Shown: positions 37,946 through 46,200 of the stretch, one piece after another
Position numbering within the stretch: position 1 is the stretch's first letter
Layout: each line of letters starts with the position of its first letter
DNA from: a virus
Lineage: Duplodnaviria > Caudoviricetes
IMG/VR virus record: IMGVR_UViG_3300021963_006637
Span: 1-63,568 of that record
Reading direction: 5' to 3' (one strand)
Length of the DNA: 63,568 nucleotides
Position numbers and translations under genes: made by a program
Notes under the pieces: model-generated
Told to the model about the DNA's origin: nothing
Databases searched by the model: none
Seen by the model: only the letters and a program-made list of their open reading frames with translations

Positions 37946-38671
37946 TCATACAAAAAACTTATATTTATCTAACCTATTTTTAATCAACTCAAAATACTCA
38001 GCATTCTTTTCAATAAGGATACATTCTCTATTCGTATTTATACAAACATCACCAAGTGTTCCACTACCTGCAAAATTATCCAATATCACATCTCCCTCAT
38101 TAGATAACATCAAAACTAATCTTTCAATGAGTTTGTAGGGTTTTTGTGTTGGATGATTTAGTTTTTCTTTACTATTATGTGGTAAAGCTGATATATCATC
38201 CCAAACATCACTTAAAGTTATACCCTCTTTTAATATACCCTCTGTGTATTCTTTTCGAGTTGTATTTGGTTTTATCTTTATAGTATTAAATGTACCCCTC
38301 TCACCATTTGTATAATAACATATAGGTTCATATCCACTTGATAACGCATTTCCTCTTGATGAATTGAATGCACGTTTTCTACTCCAAATTATAATTCGTT
38401 TTTCGGTAAAATACTTATCCAAAATAGTAGAAATGTGTCTGTTGTATTGTCTACCTGTAAAGATTACAACATTTCCACCTTCTTTAACAATTCTTTTATA
38501 TTCAATTATAATTGTTTCAGCCCAATCCAAATACTCATCTAAAGTATTCCATTGGTTATCCCAATCTTCTTTAACAACACCATAGAAGGGCCAATCAGTT
38601 ATGATGTGGTCAATACTATTATCATCGAATTCTTTAAGTTTATCCAAACAATCACCTAATAGTAATTTCAT
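37946..38671 (-). CDS. Beta-class DNA N6-adenine/N4-cytosine methyltransferase
   Basis: GDCL, motif IV-like ITDWPF, DVW, HPTQKP, motif I LDNFAGSGT. Confidence 0.85.
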   Translation of the reverse strand: MKLLLGDCLDKLKEFDDNSIDHIITDWPFYGVVKEDWDNQWNTLDEYLDWAETIIIEYKRIVKEGGNVVIFTGRQYNRHISTILDKYFTEKRIIIWSRKRAFNSSRGNALSSGYEPICYYTNGERGTFNTIKIKPNTTRKEYTEGILKEGITLSDVWDDISALPHNSKEKLNHPTQKPYKLIERLVLMLSNEGDVILDNFAGSGTLGDVCINTNRECILIEKNAEYFELIKNRLDKYKFFV

Positions 38672-38674
38672 AAC

Positions 38675-40036
38675 TTATCCCATATTATCAACATACTTTT
38701 TATGAAGTAGTTGTTTTTGTAGAAGTTCCCCATTTTTTGCTTCCTTACTTGCAATAATTCCATTAGCGGAATTATTAGCATATACTTCTATAATTCCTTT
38801 GTTAGTATTCATCTTAGCAGGAAAAGTCATACCATCTTGCCCAAATCTATTTTTCATAATATGGAATCTAGCGGTATCATTTAGTTTATCAGTATCCTTT
38901 CTACTTACTGAAATAATTAAATCTGCATTCATAACTTTAGCATATGAATCCGCAATTTTATCTGCCTGAATTACTTCTGAATCAATTGCACTTCTATTTG
39001 TCTGTGATGCAGTCCAAATTGGTATTTGATATTCACCACTCAATGCTCTTAAATCAATGTAAATACCACCTTGCTCTGCATAATCAGAATTATTCTTTGA
39101 ATTAGTTGATACCAATAAATCTGCATAATCTATGATAATCAAATCAGGTTGAAATTTAGTTTGTCTGACCATATCAACGTGAGCGGCAATAGTGTTTGCT
39201 GTAATTCCTTTTGGCGGGTAATATTTGATCATCAATCCACCTCTTAATTTATCAACCTTCTCTTTAATCTCATCCTTATGGTCTTTTAAATCAGCTGAAG
39301 GAATTGATGTAAATATAGTATCATATCTCTGCCCAACATAATTTTGAGTAAGTTCTAATGTATAGTGTAATACATTTTTACCCTGCCTAACTGCTTCCGC
39401 ACCGATGTGAGATAACACCCAAGTTTTACCAACTCCCGATGGTGCTACAATTACACCCAATTCTCCTGGCCCTAAACCTCCATCGGTAAGTTCATCGATT
39501 ACATCCCAATTAGTAGCAACAGTTCTTCGATTTACTTCTTCAAAACGAACTTCAATTTCTTCCTTATAATCTAATCCCAAATCAGCAGTTTGCCCAACCT
39601 TAACTGCATCTCTAACCATCTTTTCAATCTTTTCAAATTGACCGGTTTTTAATAATTCTACTGAATTAAGGATTACATTTTTAAAATTTTGATTTTTACA
39701 AAATGTAACAAACTCACTCTTAACCCATTCTTTATCCGAATGTTGTGTATTCTGATATACTGCCTTTAATTGCTGTAATACATTTTGCTGTAATGTATTA
39801 TCGGATATTTTTTGAACTTCAGTTTTAAAATAATCGGTAGTTGGATTATTTTTATATGTGTGGAAATACTTTCTAGTCAAATCCACAATCCATTTGTTGG
39901 TATCTGATTCAAAATATTTTGTTTCTAATATATCAGAAACTTGTTCCAAAAAACTTCTGTCAGTAACCAAATTAGCTACAACTTTCGTTTGGTAGCTCTG
40001 ACCATATTTGGATAGATTATCAATAGTTTCACTCAT
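38675..40036 (-). CDS. dnaB: Replicative DnaB-like helicase (T4 gp41-like)
   Basis: Walker A APSGVGKT, TLEL, IIIDYADL, TASQTNR, ADS, KNRFG. Confidence 0.93.
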   Translation of the reverse strand: MSETIDNLSKYGQSYQTKVVANLVTDRSFLEQVSDILETKYFESDTNKWIVDLTRKYFHTYKNNPTTDYFKTEVQKISDNTLQQNVLQQLKAVYQNTQHSDKEWVKSEFVTFCKNQNFKNVILNSVELLKTGQFEKIEKMVRDAVKVGQTADLGLDYKEEIEVRFEEVNRRTVATNWDVIDELTDGGLGPGELGVIVAPSGVGKTWVLSHIGAEAVRQGKNVLHYTLELTQNYVGQRYDTIFTSIPSADLKDHKDEIKEKVDKLRGGLMIKYYPPKGITANTIAAHVDMVRQTKFQPDLIIIDYADLLVSTNSKNNSDYAEQGGIYIDLRALSGEYQIPIWTASQTNRSAIDSEVIQADKIADSYAKVMNADLIISVSRKDTDKLNDTARFHIMKNRFGQDGMTFPAKMNTNKGIIEVYANNSANGIIASKEAKNGELLQKQLLHKKYVDNMG

Positions 40037-40040
40037 GCTT

Positions 40041-40072
40041 CAAATATAAAAGTTAATTTTATAATTTCCAAA
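40041..40072 (-). promoter_or_regulatory. Bacteroidota-type promoter (-33/-7)
   Basis: TTTG-N20-TATATTTG, ending 4 nt before the helicase ATG. Confidence 0.7.
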
Positions 40073-40085
40073 TTTTTTAAATATT

Positions 40086-40853
40086 TTATTTGATAATGTA
40101 TTCAAACAACAAGTCGGAATGGATTATATGAGCTTTTTCACTTTGGTGATAATCTCTTATCATACCCTTAGTTTCCTCAAAAATTGTCACATCAATTGAG
40201 TAAGATTTTAAGAATGAATTATATGAAAAATTATTTTTTATAAAATCGTTAAACTTAAAAAATATCCAATTTTCTTTTCCATCGAAATTATTATCAAAAA
40301 TTGTTTTATTAATTTCGGATACCCACGACCAAAAATAAATCTTAAATCCTACTTTTTTACTCAATTCTAAAATAGGAATCATCCTAATCATAAACTCTTC
40401 AATATAATACTCAACTCTGTCTCCTCTTAGAGCACATATCTTATATAATTCTTTTGTTTTTATAAATCTATTAATATATAAATCATTTTGAATGATGTTG
40501 GGCAATATAGAATTCACCATACCATCTTTTAATATAGATGGAATTTTAAAACGAGATGTATCGGTTAATCCAACAAATACTATATCTCCTTTTTGAAATT
40601 GATTAGAAAAATATGAAACACTATTTAAGCAATCATCGTTGGTGTTCCCACTTTGTATATAGGATTTTGCAATAGATTTAGTAGCTGAATAATTTTTATA
40701 TTCTAAATTTAATTTTTCAGATAAAATCTCAGCCCATATTTTGTGATAATCTTTTTTTAAAAAAACTTTTGAATAAATTATCCTTTCAGTATCCTTTGGT
40801 AAATCTTTATTATCTTCACTAAAACTATCACCAAATACCCATAAACAATTCAT
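40086..40853 (-). CDS. SGNH/GDSL-hydrolase-like protein
   Basis: Start re-called at the TAATG overlap (MNCLWVFGDSFS); SGN; C-terminal DYHQSEKAH. Confidence 0.6.
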   Translation of the reverse strand: MNCLWVFGDSFSEDNKDLPKDTERIIYSKVFLKKDYHKIWAEILSEKLNLEYKNYSATKSIAKSYIQSGNTNDDCLNSVSYFSNQFQKGDIVFVGLTDTSRFKIPSILKDGMVNSILPNIIQNDLYINRFIKTKELYKICALRGDRVEYYIEEFMIRMIPILELSKKVGFKIYFWSWVSEINKTIFDNNFDGKENWIFFKFNDFIKNNFSYNSFLKSYSIDVTIFEETKGMIRDYHQSEKAHIIHSDLLFEYIIK

Positions 40854-41887
40854 TATTTTAAAATTAAATTTCCAAATGAACTCCGTAACCAATCATTTAC
40901 ATCCGTCCAATTTTGTAATATTTTATATTTCATACCAAACCCTATGAATTTCATTTTATCCAAAGGTTCATTTTCTTCTCTGAATTTATCAACTATTTTT
41001 AATTTAGTTGTTCCACTTATATCAGGATTATCTAATTGCATTAAATCAAAATTTCTTTCAATAATGTTCTTACTATCTAATATAGTTTGAAATACTTTGT
41101 ATTTATCTTTTTCGGATTCAGCCGCTTGCATTAAATCATCTATTGATACTCTTCTATCTCCTTCAAATAAAGGTAATCTCTTCTGTAAAGTTTTTAATCC
41201 ACATCCTTTTACTCCATCAATATTATCAGATTTATCACCATCTAATACTCTATACCAAATAAAGTTTTCAGGATGAATTCCATATAATTCTATCAATCTT
41301 TCTTTTGTAATCTTTTCTTTTTTAAGAGGATTCCAAACATTTACATTGTCTGATACTAATTGCAAAAAATCTTTATCAGATGAAAGTATTAAAGCATTCT
41401 CATCTTCAGTTACTACTTGCTTTGATAAATAACCAATAACATCATCTGCTTCAATGTTATCATATACCATAGTGGTAACTGGCAAAATACTTAATATATT
41501 ACCTAACCAACTTATTTGCCTCTTCAAACTAATTTGCTCATCTTCTTCCGTCATCATATCATCATACTGACGGTTTACTCTGAATTTAACTTTTCTATCC
41601 GCTTTATAATTTGAAAAAGTTTGTCTTCTTTTTTGAGAACCACCTTTTCCATCAAACACTACAACTACCCTAGATGGATTTTCATTTCTAATAACCATCC
41701 CCAGAGATTTAAGAAACCCAACTACCCCACCAACATGCTCACCATCTTCGTTCATCGTAGGATTTGTGCTCCAACATCTAAAAAAAGTATTGAGTCCATC
41801 TACAAAAAGAACTTTCGAATTTCGAACTCTATGTGTATTATGCTCCTTATCAATTTCCTTAAGTAAACTTTTATATTTTTGGTTCAT
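40853..41887 (-). CDS. 5'-3' exonuclease / flap endonuclease (T4 RNase H, Pol I N-terminal-like)
   Basis: VDGLN, VFDGKGG, YKADR, EADDVIG, SSDKDFLQL, GDKSDNIDGVKGCG.KT. Confidence 0.93.
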   Translation of the reverse strand: MNQKYKSLLKEIDKEHNTHRVRNSKVLFVDGLNTFFRCWSTNPTMNEDGEHVGGVVGFLKSLGMVIRNENPSRVVVVFDGKGGSQKRRQTFSNYKADRKVKFRVNRQYDDMMTEEDEQISLKRQISWLGNILSILPVTTMVYDNIEADDVIGYLSKQVVTEDENALILSSDKDFLQLVSDNVNVWNPLKKEKITKERLIELYGIHPENFIWYRVLDGDKSDNIDGVKGCGLKTLQKRLPLFEGDRRVSIDDLMQAAESEKDKYKVFQTILDSKNIIERNFDLMQLDNPDISGTTKLKIVDKFREENEPLDKMKFIGFGMKYKILQNWTDVNDWLRSSFGNLILK

Positions 41888-42599
41888 TGAAATTTTCTTT
41901 AATTTCTTTCGAATATTTTTCTATTGTTTCTAAACTAAAATGATGATATTCATATTCACCTTCTTCTTTATAATTTACAGAGGATGTTAAATAATGTTTA
42001 TCACTAAATTTTATAATTCTATTATCAAGATTCAAATCAGTAATTAAATTTAAAATTGAAATAGCAGAAGATGAATTATATCTAAAGTGAGTGTCTTCTA
42101 ATAAAATGATTCTTAAATCAACTCCAATATTTTCTAAAAATGAGTAAATGTATTTTAAATAAATTAAAAATTTAAAATAATAATCTACTTGATTGATTTC
42201 AAAACTTTCTATAAATTTAGATAATTTCTCTGTTTCAAATTCATCTAAATCTCTTTTTCTACTATGATAAAATTGAGGGTGAATGAAAAAATTATTTCCA
42301 GTAAGAAATAATTCCTTTTCCCTTTGATTGAGTTCTCTATTGGATTGTCTATCGATATATGAAGTTCTATCTAAAAGAGATAATTGAAAAATAATAACAT
42401 CTCCTTTTTTATACTCGGATAAAAACTTTAATAAATTACCAAATACTTCAAATGAACTCAGTCCAGATATTGCCTTATTTTCCTCAGTTAAATTTAGATG
42501 ACTTGCAACTTCGCTATAAATTGAGAGGCGGACTCCTTGAGCCAGCCTCTCACTATTATATGTTGAATATGAGTCACCAAATATCCATAGTTTATTCAT
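41871..42599 (-). CDS. SGNH/GDSL-hydrolase-like protein
   Basis: LWIFGDSYS, NKAISGLS, C-terminal YHHFS. Confidence 0.55.
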   Translation of the reverse strand: MNKLWIFGDSYSTYNSERLAQGVRLSIYSEVASHLNLTEENKAISGLSSFEVFGNLLKFLSEYKKGDVIIFQLSLLDRTSYIDRQSNRELNQREKELFLTGNNFFIHPQFYHSRKRDLDEFETEKLSKFIESFEINQVDYYFKFLIYLKYIYSFLENIGVDLRIILLEDTHFRYNSSSAISILNLITDLNLDNRIIKFSDKHYLTSSVNYKEEGEYEYHHFSLETIEKYSKEIKENFNEPKI

Positions 42600-43717
42600 T
42601 ATTCTACTTCATTTGGTAAGGCTGTATCAACCTCCATCGCTTCAATATCATATGTATCTTTTTTATATTGAAGAATAGTAGCCTCACAAATCTTTTTATA
42701 AATTTGTTCTCTTAATTCATCTTTCTCTTCCATCATTTTGATAAAATCCTTTGATTGGAATTTGATGATTTCCCCAGTATCGGTGTCGGTATATTCATAC
42801 CAAGCCCCACCTTGCTTAACTAATTTGTTTTCTTTCAAACTTGTCAACCAACTACCGTAGTTATCAATTCCTCTATCAAAGTAAATTTCAAAATCAGCAG
42901 AACGAAGTGGTGGCCCTAATCGGTTTTTTACAACCTGCGCCCTAACTGATATACCAACTATCTTATCCTGTCCGCCAATTTTCATTTTAATTTGACCAAC
43001 ATTTTTCAATCTCAATCTAACTGAAGCGTGAAATGCTAATGCTTTACCACCACTTGTAGTCCAAGGGTCACCAAACATAACACCTAACTTCTGTCTTAAT
43101 TGATTTGTAAAGATAACTGCAATTTTCTGTCTACCAATTGTGTTGGTAATTTTTCTCATCGCCTTTGATATGATGATTGCCTTATCAGTTGCGTAACCAT
43201 CTTTATCGTAATCAGCTTCCATTTCCTTTTTAGTTGATGCAGCTGCTACCGAATCCACTACAATTGTTACCAATTTTTGTGCATCCTTTTCTCTAACCTT
43301 TTCGATAATGGTTTCGATTGTTTCAAAAATATCTTCTACTGTATCTACTGATACATACAATAGTTTAGATACATCTACTCCAATTGCATCGAAGAATTCT
43401 CTACTCACCGCAGTTTCAGTATCAATCAATACTGCAATACCACCCTGCTTTTGAGTTTCAGCTAAAAGGTGGGCAGAGAGTAATGATTTACCACTCTGCT
43501 CCAATCCAGTTAGTTCGGTAATTCTTCCCACAGGAATACCACCATATGGTCGATTAGAAATAGCAACATCTAACATAGCAGCTCCGGTAGAAATCCAACC
43601 ATTCACATTGGTGGGAGCTCCTTCGGAATCATCATCTAAATAAAAGGCGATTTTTTGGTCTTTTTGTTTTTTGTTCAGACTATCAACCAAAATGTCTGCT
43701 AAATCTGTTTTTGCCAT
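42599..43717 (-). CDS. recA: RecA/UvsX-like recombinase
   Basis: ISTG..LD, GRITEL.GLEQSGKS, IDTE, VVDSVAA, FTNQLR, TTSGGKAL.FHASVRL, KNR. Confidence 0.95.
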   Translation of the reverse strand: MAKTDLADILVDSLNKKQKDQKIAFYLDDDSEGAPTNVNGWISTGAAMLDVAISNRPYGGIPVGRITELTGLEQSGKSLLSAHLLAETQKQGGIAVLIDTETAVSREFFDAIGVDVSKLLYVSVDTVEDIFETIETIIEKVREKDAQKLVTIVVDSVAAASTKKEMEADYDKDGYATDKAIIISKAMRKITNTIGRQKIAVIFTNQLRQKLGVMFGDPWTTSGGKALAFHASVRLRLKNVGQIKMKIGGQDKIVGISVRAQVVKNRLGPPLRSADFEIYFDRGIDNYGSWLTSLKENKLVKQGGAWYEYTDTDTGEIIKFQSKDFIKMMEEKDELREQIYKKICEATILQYKKDTYDIEAMEVDTALPNEVE

Positions 43718-43725
43718 AATCTATA

Positions 43726-44607
43726 TTATTTGAATAAATCTTCGAATGCATCTGCTACTTGTTGAGTAGTTTTAGCTACCGCTGGTTTTTCATCATCCCA
43801 AGGTAAGTCAGATGTTGATTGTTTTGCTTTTGGTGCTTCACTCACCTCATCTAATTGATGTGGCTTAGAATCGAAATCAAATGAATCTGATACAGATTGT
43901 TCTGATTTAGCAACAACAGTCTCTTGAGTAGTAGAAGTTTCAGTATCATCAGTTGTGTTTCCACTCAACCAATTCTCTAAAATTTTCTTTAACTCATCGT
44001 AAGATAATTCAGAATAAATAGATGTAATATCTTTTTGATTCTCCAATAACTCTTGAATCTTTGCATTATCATCGTGCAACTTTGTAGAGTTTGGTTTCAC
44101 TCTAATAGTTGTAGTAGGATAAGATGCTCCACCTTCTGGTGCAGTATAATCAACTACAATATCTCTACCATTTAAAGGATGTGATAAATCACCATAATCA
44201 GGATCTGCAAAATACCCCAATAATTCTTGATAAACGGTTTTACCAAATCCCCAAAATTTAACACCCTCATGCTCCAATCCTCTTACGATTACTGGCACAA
44301 AAGTTCTTAATTTTGGCTCCATTTTCTTAGCTTCACGATAATCATCTTTACCACCCATTCTCTTAAGTTTGTCAGCAAACTCAACAATTGGGTCAGGTCT
44401 TCCGAAAGAAGCTGGTGATAAATAAGATTTGTTGTTGATGTTGTAGTGAAAATACAATTCAATAAAAGGAATTTCCTTGTTGAATTTGTAAGGTACTAAA
44501 CGTAATTGGTGTTTTCCGACTGAAGGTTTCCATAGACTGTCGGCTGTCTTTTGTGTGCCCTGAAGTTTGTTCAGACGGGCTCTGATTGCATCAATGTTCG
44601 TTGACAT
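43726..44607 (-). CDS. Single-stranded DNA-binding protein (T4 gp32-like)
   Basis: LWKP..G...RLVP, ELYFHY, WGFGKTVY, G.DI, acidic C-tail ending DLPW...FEDLFK. Confidence 0.8.
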   Translation of the reverse strand: MSTNIDAIRARLNKLQGTQKTADSLWKPSVGKHQLRLVPYKFNKEIPFIELYFHYNINNKSYLSPASFGRPDPIVEFADKLKRMGGKDDYREAKKMEPKLRTFVPVIVRGLEHEGVKFWGFGKTVYQELLGYFADPDYGDLSHPLNGRDIVVDYTAPEGGASYPTTTIRVKPNSTKLHDDNAKIQELLENQKDITSIYSELSYDELKKILENWLSGNTTDDTETSTTQETVVAKSEQSVSDSFDFDSKPHQLDEVSEAPKAKQSTSDLPWDDEKPAVAKTTQQVADAFEDLFK

Positions 44608-44682
44608 AATTTATAGTTTTTAAAGTTTAAAATTTAAGTTTATCGTTACGAATATAAATATTCGCAAATCAAAAACTTAGAA

Positions 44683-44714
44683 CAAATATACGAAATATGT
44701 TTCTAAGTTCCAAA
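44683..44714 (-). promoter_or_regulatory. Bacteroidota-type promoter (-33/-7)
   Basis: TTTG-N20-TATATTTG upstream of SSB, followed by ATATTTATA at 44653-44661. Confidence 0.7.
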
Positions 44715-44720
44715 TGTTTT

Positions 44721-45002
44721 TCAGGATTTTTTTGAAAATTCTTTTGTAGAAGAATTACGATTTTTTTTGACTGTTCTAAACGAATCATATAATCTTTTTT
44801 GTTCGTTTATTTTCGCCAAAGTCCAATACCCATCCATGTGATGTTCATACATTTCTTCCCAAAGAGAAAGATTTTCAGAATAAGAATGTGGTTGAGATTG
44901 AGCCCATTTTTGAGCGGCTCTAAATCCTTTTGGAGTTGCGGGGAATTCACCCTCTACGTGAGGATTTAAAAAATTTAAGAGTTTTTGTAACAAGCGTTTC
45001 AT
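44721..45002 (-). CDS. Hypothetical protein
   Basis: Start re-called to MKRLLQ (ATG at 45000-45002), downstream of the ATATTTATT motif. Confidence 0.55.
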   Translation of the reverse strand: MKRLLQKLLNFLNPHVEGEFPATPKGFRAAQKWAQSQPHSYSENLSLWEEMYEHHMDGYWTLAKINEQKRLYDSFRTVKKNRNSSTKEFSKKS

Positions 45003-45116
45003 AGAAGAAAGAGTGGGAGATTCATCAATAAATATATACGAATATATCAAAACAATAATTTTTTTTTAGTTTTCCAAATATTTTTTTTATTACAATTTCC
45101 CCCCTTAATTCCTATC

Positions 45117-45425
45117 TTAATTTGTTGGAAAATCGCTAAATTTTAATCCCCACATTAGGGAAATCATTCCCATTTCTCTTTCGGCCCACTTCTTATTATA
45201 CCGAAATCTTTTTTGAATTTCTTTAATTCCCCATTCTTTCCACTCATCGTTTTGAGATACGCTCATTTCCCATTCAGTAAACCAATTATCTTTCCTATCT
45301 TTAATATCATCGAAGGTAACATCATGATTTGCAATCTCAAACATTTTGTTGATTACATCTACAACAAATTGTTCTTGTTTTTGTTTCATACTTAATCGTT
45401 GTGCCATAACTTTATAGTTTACCAA
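45117..45425 (-). CDS. Hypothetical Trp-rich protein
   Basis: 102-aa ORF; start uncertain. Confidence 0.6.
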   Translation of the reverse strand: MVNYKVMAQRLSMKQKQEQFVVDVINKMFEIANHDVTFDDIKDRKDNWFTEWEMSVSQNDEWKEWGIKEIQKRFRYNKKWAEREMGMISLMWGLKFSDFPTN

Positions 45426-45642
45426 ATTGTTGGTGATTTTCTTTAATATTATTTGATACTTTGATACCTAACCAAATATCTTTAAAAAATCTCTTTACTT
45501 TCTTCCAAAAGGTATTATCTTTTTTGTAGTTCTTGATTACTTCATCTTGTATCAGTTCCAACATTCTACCGGACGATATTTCTTCTACAAATACTTGATA
45601 TTCTAACTCTCTAAAATATGAACGTTTAAGATACTTTGCCAT
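45412..45642 (-). CDS. Hypothetical protein
   Basis: 76-aa ORF in a packed array. Confidence 0.55.
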   Translation of the reverse strand: MAKYLKRSYFRELEYQVFVEEISSGRMLELIQDEVIKNYKKDNTFWKKVKRFFKDIWLGIKVSNNIKENHQQFGKL

Positions 45643-45654
45643 AATTGTATCTGT

Positions 45655-45792
45655 TTATATACCTATAACTATTTCCCATTTTAACCAGCCAATAATGAGT
45701 TCTATATCACCATTCAATCTTCTACTATGAGTCATACCTATGAAAGGTAGAAAATAAACTTGTCCGTAAATTTTACAAATTGAAAATTTCAT
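45655..45792 (-). CDS. Small hypothetical protein (45 aa); not in the supplied ORF track
   Basis: Manual translation MKFSICKIYGQVYFLPFIGMTHSRRLNGDIELIIGWLKWEIVIGI*; TAATG overlap with the upstream gene. Confidence 0.6.
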   Translation of the reverse strand: MKFSICKIYGQVYFLPFIGMTHSRRLNGDIELIIGWLKWEIVIGI

Positions 45793-46151
45793 TATTTAGC
45801 CCACTTACCTCTACTTACAATTTGTGCAATGATACCATAAACCGAAAGGTCTTCATAGGTATCCTGTATAGATTCGCCTACTTCATCAGGCTGCCCCAAT
45901 ACTACTAATTGTTTTAATCGTTGTACTTTATCGTTGATTCTAAACCAAAGACCTGTGAGTGAAAGTTTTACATCATCTTTAGTTTGCAGTGAAGTTCCTA
46001 CTGAAATATTAGCTGGCCCATAATTTCTTTGTTTCTTACAAAAAGTTTCATACATTTCAGATTGAATCTTTTTGAATTCTTCCATCATTTCAGGATAGAC
46101 TCTTTCACAATAAGCTACTGCATTTTCTTCTAATTTGATATTTTCTTCCAT
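45792..46151 (-). CDS. Nucleotide modification associated domain 1 (DUF1599-like, all-alpha NTP-PPase-like)
   Basis: KKQRNYG, RINDKVQRL, ESIQDTYEDLSVYGII. Confidence 0.75.
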   Translation of the reverse strand: MEENIKLEENAVAYCERVYPEMMEEFKKIQSEMYETFCKKQRNYGPANISVGTSLQTKDDVKLSLTGLWFRINDKVQRLKQLVVLGQPDEVGESIQDTYEDLSVYGIIAQIVSRGKWAK

Positions 46152-46168
46152 TCTATATTTTGTTTTTA

Positions 46169-46200
46169 CAAATATATGAAAAAAATATCAATTATCCAAA
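46169..46200 (-). promoter_or_regulatory. Bacteroidota-type promoter (-33/-7)
   Basis: TTTG-N20-TATATTTG. Confidence 0.7.

Noticed and set aside
31076-43717. Introns or inteins in PolB, NrdA, NrdB, helicase or RecA
   Set aside because: All are uninterrupted and of ordinary or short length, with no intein splice motifs or homing endonuclease seen
45047-45078. Seventh Bacteroidota-type promoter (TTTGGAAA...TGTTTTGA)
   Set aside because: The -33 half matches but the -7 box lacks the TA dinucleotide, so it is too weak to call
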